Source: Chiloscyllium plagiosum
Lineage: Eukaryota
DNA: 64,000 bases
Assembly (NCBI RefSeq): GCF_004010195.1
Contig: NC_057720.1
Span: 7,928,012-7,992,011, forward strand
Direction: 5' to 3'
In this document: positions 60,940-64,000 of the stretch, one piece after another
Layout: each line of letters begins with the position of its first letter
Numbering within the stretch: the stretch's first letter is position 1
Notes under the pieces: generated by a model
The model's database searches: none
The model's input: only the letters and a program-made list of their open reading frames with translations
Told to the model about the DNA's origin: nothing
Translations under genes and position numbers: made by a program

Positions 60940-62565
60940 AGTCCCACCTTCACATTGAGAATACTCTCCATCATGTTGTGTGATACCATCACTGTGCTAA
61001 ATGGGACAGACTTCGATCAGACCTAGCAACTCAAGGCCAGGCATCCGTGAGGCACTGTGGGTCATCAACAGAATTGTATCCAGCATAATCTGTAACCTCG
61101 TGGCCTGGCGTATCTCCCACTCAACCACTACCATCAAGCCAGGTTTCAATGGAGAGTACAGGAGGTCATGCCAGGAGCTAGGCATACCTGAAGATGAGGT
61201 ATCAACGTGGTGATGCTACTAAACAGGTCTACTTATATGCCAACAGCATAAGTCATAAATGATAGACAGAGCTAAGCAATGAAAAAAACCAACAGATCAG
61301 ATCAAAGCTCTGCAGTCCTGTCACATCTAGTCAGAAATTAGATTAGATTACATTACAGTGTGGAAACAGGCCCTTCAGCCCAACAAGTCCACACCGACCC
61401 GCCGAAGCGCAACCCACCCATACCGCTACATTTACCCCTTACCTAACACTGCGGGCAATTTAGCATGGCCAATTCACCTGACCTGCACATCTTTGGACTG
61501 TGGGAGGAAACCCACGCAGACACGGGGAGAACGTGCAAACTCCACACAGTCAGTCGCCTGAGGCGGGAATTGAACCCGGGTCTCCGGCGCTGTGAGGCAG
61601 CAGTGCTAACCACTGTGCCACCGTGCCGCCCACCAATGTTGGGTGTCAATTGAACAACTCACTGGGAGAGGAAGCTCCACAAATATTCCCATGCTCAATG
61701 ATAGAAGCGACCAACACATCAGGGCAAAAGACAAGGCCAAAGCAATTTTCAGCCAGAGGTTGAGAGTGGATGATCTATCTCAGCCTCCTCCAGTGGTCTC
61801 CAGCATCACAGATACCAGTCTTCAGCTAATTCAATTCACTTCACATGATTTCAAGTAACAGTTGGAGACGCTGGATGCAGCAAAGACTATGAGCTCTGAC
61901 CACATTCTGGCAATAATACTAAAACTTGTGCTCCAGAACTTGCCGCTCCCCTAGCCAAGCTGTTCCAGTACAGTTACAACACTGACATCTACCCGACAAT
62001 GTGGAAAATTGCCCAAGTATGTCCTGCACATAAAAAGCAGGATAAATTCAACCTGGCCAGTTCCTGCCCAATCAGTCTACTCTTGATCAGTAGGAAAGTG
62101 ATGGAAGGTGTCACCAACAGCACTATCAAGGAGCACCTACTCAGTGACACCCATTTTGGGTTCCACCAGGGCCACTCAGCTCCTGATCTCATTACAGCCT
62201 TGATTCAAACATGGACAAAAGAGCTGAATCCGAGAGGTGAAGCGAGAGTGACAGCCCTTGACACCAAGACTGCATTCGACCAAGTGTGGCATCAAGGTGT
62301 GCTAACAAAACTGTAATCAATGGATATCGGGGGCAAATGCTCTGCTGGTTGGAGTGATAGTTGGCACAAAGGAAGATAGTTGTAGTTGTTGGAGGTCAGA
62401 CATCTCACCTCCAGGACCCTCCTAGGGTAATGTCCTAGGCCCCAACCATCTTCAGCTACTTCATCAATGACCTTTCCTCCATCATAAGATCAGAAGTGGG
62501 AATGTTTGCCAATGATTGCGCAATGTTCAGCACCATTTGTGACTCCTCTGATACTGAAGCAGTCT
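60940..62565 (+). mobile_element. Second CR1-group LINE (clade unresolved), linker + RT domain, disrupted; contains HE1
   Basis: ORF 61999-62316 WKIAQVCPAHKKQDK..PISLL..FGFHQGHSAPDL..ALDTKTAFDQVWHQG; downstream P*G.VLGP, FINDL and FAND motifs. Confidence 0.88.
61338..61631 (-). mobile_element. HE1: HE1 V-SINE
   Basis: Full head and (aatct)n tail on the minus strand. Confidence 0.92.
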
Positions 62566-63325
62566 AAATGGGGAAAGTGTGGCGTTATGCAGCTTGGCAG
62601 GAAGAATAGATGGAGTCAACATGATTTAAATGGAGAAAGAAACGCAGAAAGCTGTAGCAGAGACATTTGAAAGTTCTCATGTATAAATGATAAAAAAAAT
62701 TCAGCAGGTAATAGGCAAGGCAAATGGAGTGCTGGTCTCTATCTCAGAGGGAATGACGTGCACAAATTGAGACATCTTGCAAAAATGATACAAGACACTG
62801 GTTAGATCGCATCTAGAATACCGTGAAGAATTTTGAGCCCTTCATTTGAGGAAATAAGTACTGGCATTGGAGTAAGGCAAGAAAAGGTTCAGTAGGTTGA
62901 TCCCAAGTGTGGAGAGATTTCCGTACGGGGAGAGATTGAGTAGGGTGGGCTTGTACTCACCAAAATTTATGCAACACGACCTTATGAAGCATACAAGATT
63001 CTTAGAGAACATGGCAAGGTAGATGCAGAAAAATTGCTTCCTCTTGGACAGTTTAGGACCGGAGGTTACAATCTCAGAACATGGAGTCACACTTTTAAAA
63101 CAGAGATGAGGAGGAATTTCTTCTTTTAGAGGGTAGTGAATCTGTGAAATTTTTTACTGAAGACGACTTTCGAGGCTGGGTCATTGAGTACAATCGAGGC
63201 TGAGAGAGGCAGATTTTTAAACCGTAAGGGAATTAAGGTGTATGGAGGAAAGGCAGGAAAGTGGAGTTGAGGGATTGTCAGATTAACCACGATCATATTG
63301 AATAGCAGAGGAGTCTGGATGAACA
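62566..63325 (+). mobile_element. CR1 3' ~760 bp, degenerate
   Basis: ggcaggaagaatag..aaggcaaatgga..ctagaataccgtg..gagatgaggaggaatttcttc.. Confidence 0.85.
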
Positions 63326-63770
63326 ATATCTGCTCAGAAATCCTGCAGCCTTATGGCCCATTCTGTTACAATTTTAACAGATTGACTTTCTCACTAACTG
63401 GGAGCCTTAAGTAGTCGCTGGAAGTCATAAAATTGGCAGGGGGCTTATGCTAATTGGAATCTGCATGAGGCAATTGTAAGACAGCTCATTTCAGCGACCC
63501 TTCTTAATGTTTGTTATTTTGGTCGAATGTAGGGTATATAAAGCTAAGGATGACTGAAGCATTTCTGGATAGGCCCTTCAACAATAGTCACGGTGGCACC
63601 TCACACAGTAGAAGTTAATAGGGTGAAGGAGCAAGCATTACATAAGTTGGAATCAATGTTAGGATCCATTTTGGGAAATGGCATGATTAAGACGGCATAC
63701 TGAGATCTTGGTAACTGTTTGTGAGCCATTTGTGCATTCTCCCCATGTTTATGTGGGTGTCTTCTGGTGC

Positions 63771-63989
63771 AAGTGAGGACTGCAGATGCTGGAGATCAGA
63801 GTCGAGAGTGTCGTGCTGGAAAAGCACAGCAGGTCAGGCAGCATCCGAGGAGCAGGAGAATCGACATTTCAGGCATAAGCCCTTTATCAGGAATTCCTGA
63901 TGAAGGGCTTATGCCGGAAACATCAATTCTCCTGCTCCTTGGATGCTGCCTGAGATGCTGTGCTTTTCCAGCACTACACTCTTGACTCC
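63771..63989. mobile_element. Fold-back family A PLE centred on gaattc (63891-63896)
   Basis: Arms meet with no spacer (atcaggaattcctgat); both cores are partly decayed; flanking ttctggt repeated. Confidence 0.85.
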
Positions 63990-64000
63990 AGTTCTGGTCG

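Overview
Eukaryotic, gene-poor, heavily nested repeat landscape from a cartilaginous fish. The V-SINE HE1 with its partner CR1-type LINE HER1 points to an elasmobranch (shark). No host protein-coding exon could be recognised; the supplied ORFs are transposon fragments, antisense/chimeric read-throughs or gap artefacts. Contents: (i) many CR1/HER1 LINE fragments; (ii) about a dozen HE1 SINEs; (iii) a second tRNA-derived SINE (MetaSINE/SlmI-like, name tentative) sharing its 3' tail with a second CR1-group LINE; (iv) RTE and Rex1/Babar LINE ends; (v) two probable solo LTRs and a pogo/Tigger-like MITE; (vi) about 25 Penelope-like element (PLE) pieces from at least 3 families. The most striking signal is the PLE set. 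Many are 70-230 bp non-coding insertions with 10-15 bp target-site duplications (TSDs). Many carry a minimal hammerhead ribozyme core (CUGAUGA-stem II-GAAA-palindromic stem III-UH) and fold back as inverted repeats with a constant ~35-37 nt unpaired tail. At 35.35-36.70 kb two intact hammerheads lie in direct repeat 525 nt apart, inside a permuted local duplication next to a GIY-YIG fragment (retrozyme-like architecture). Two assembly gaps: 16976-17149 and 51447-51945. Family names come from recall of consensus motifs, not from a database search, and repeat boundaries are approximate unless a TSD is quoted.
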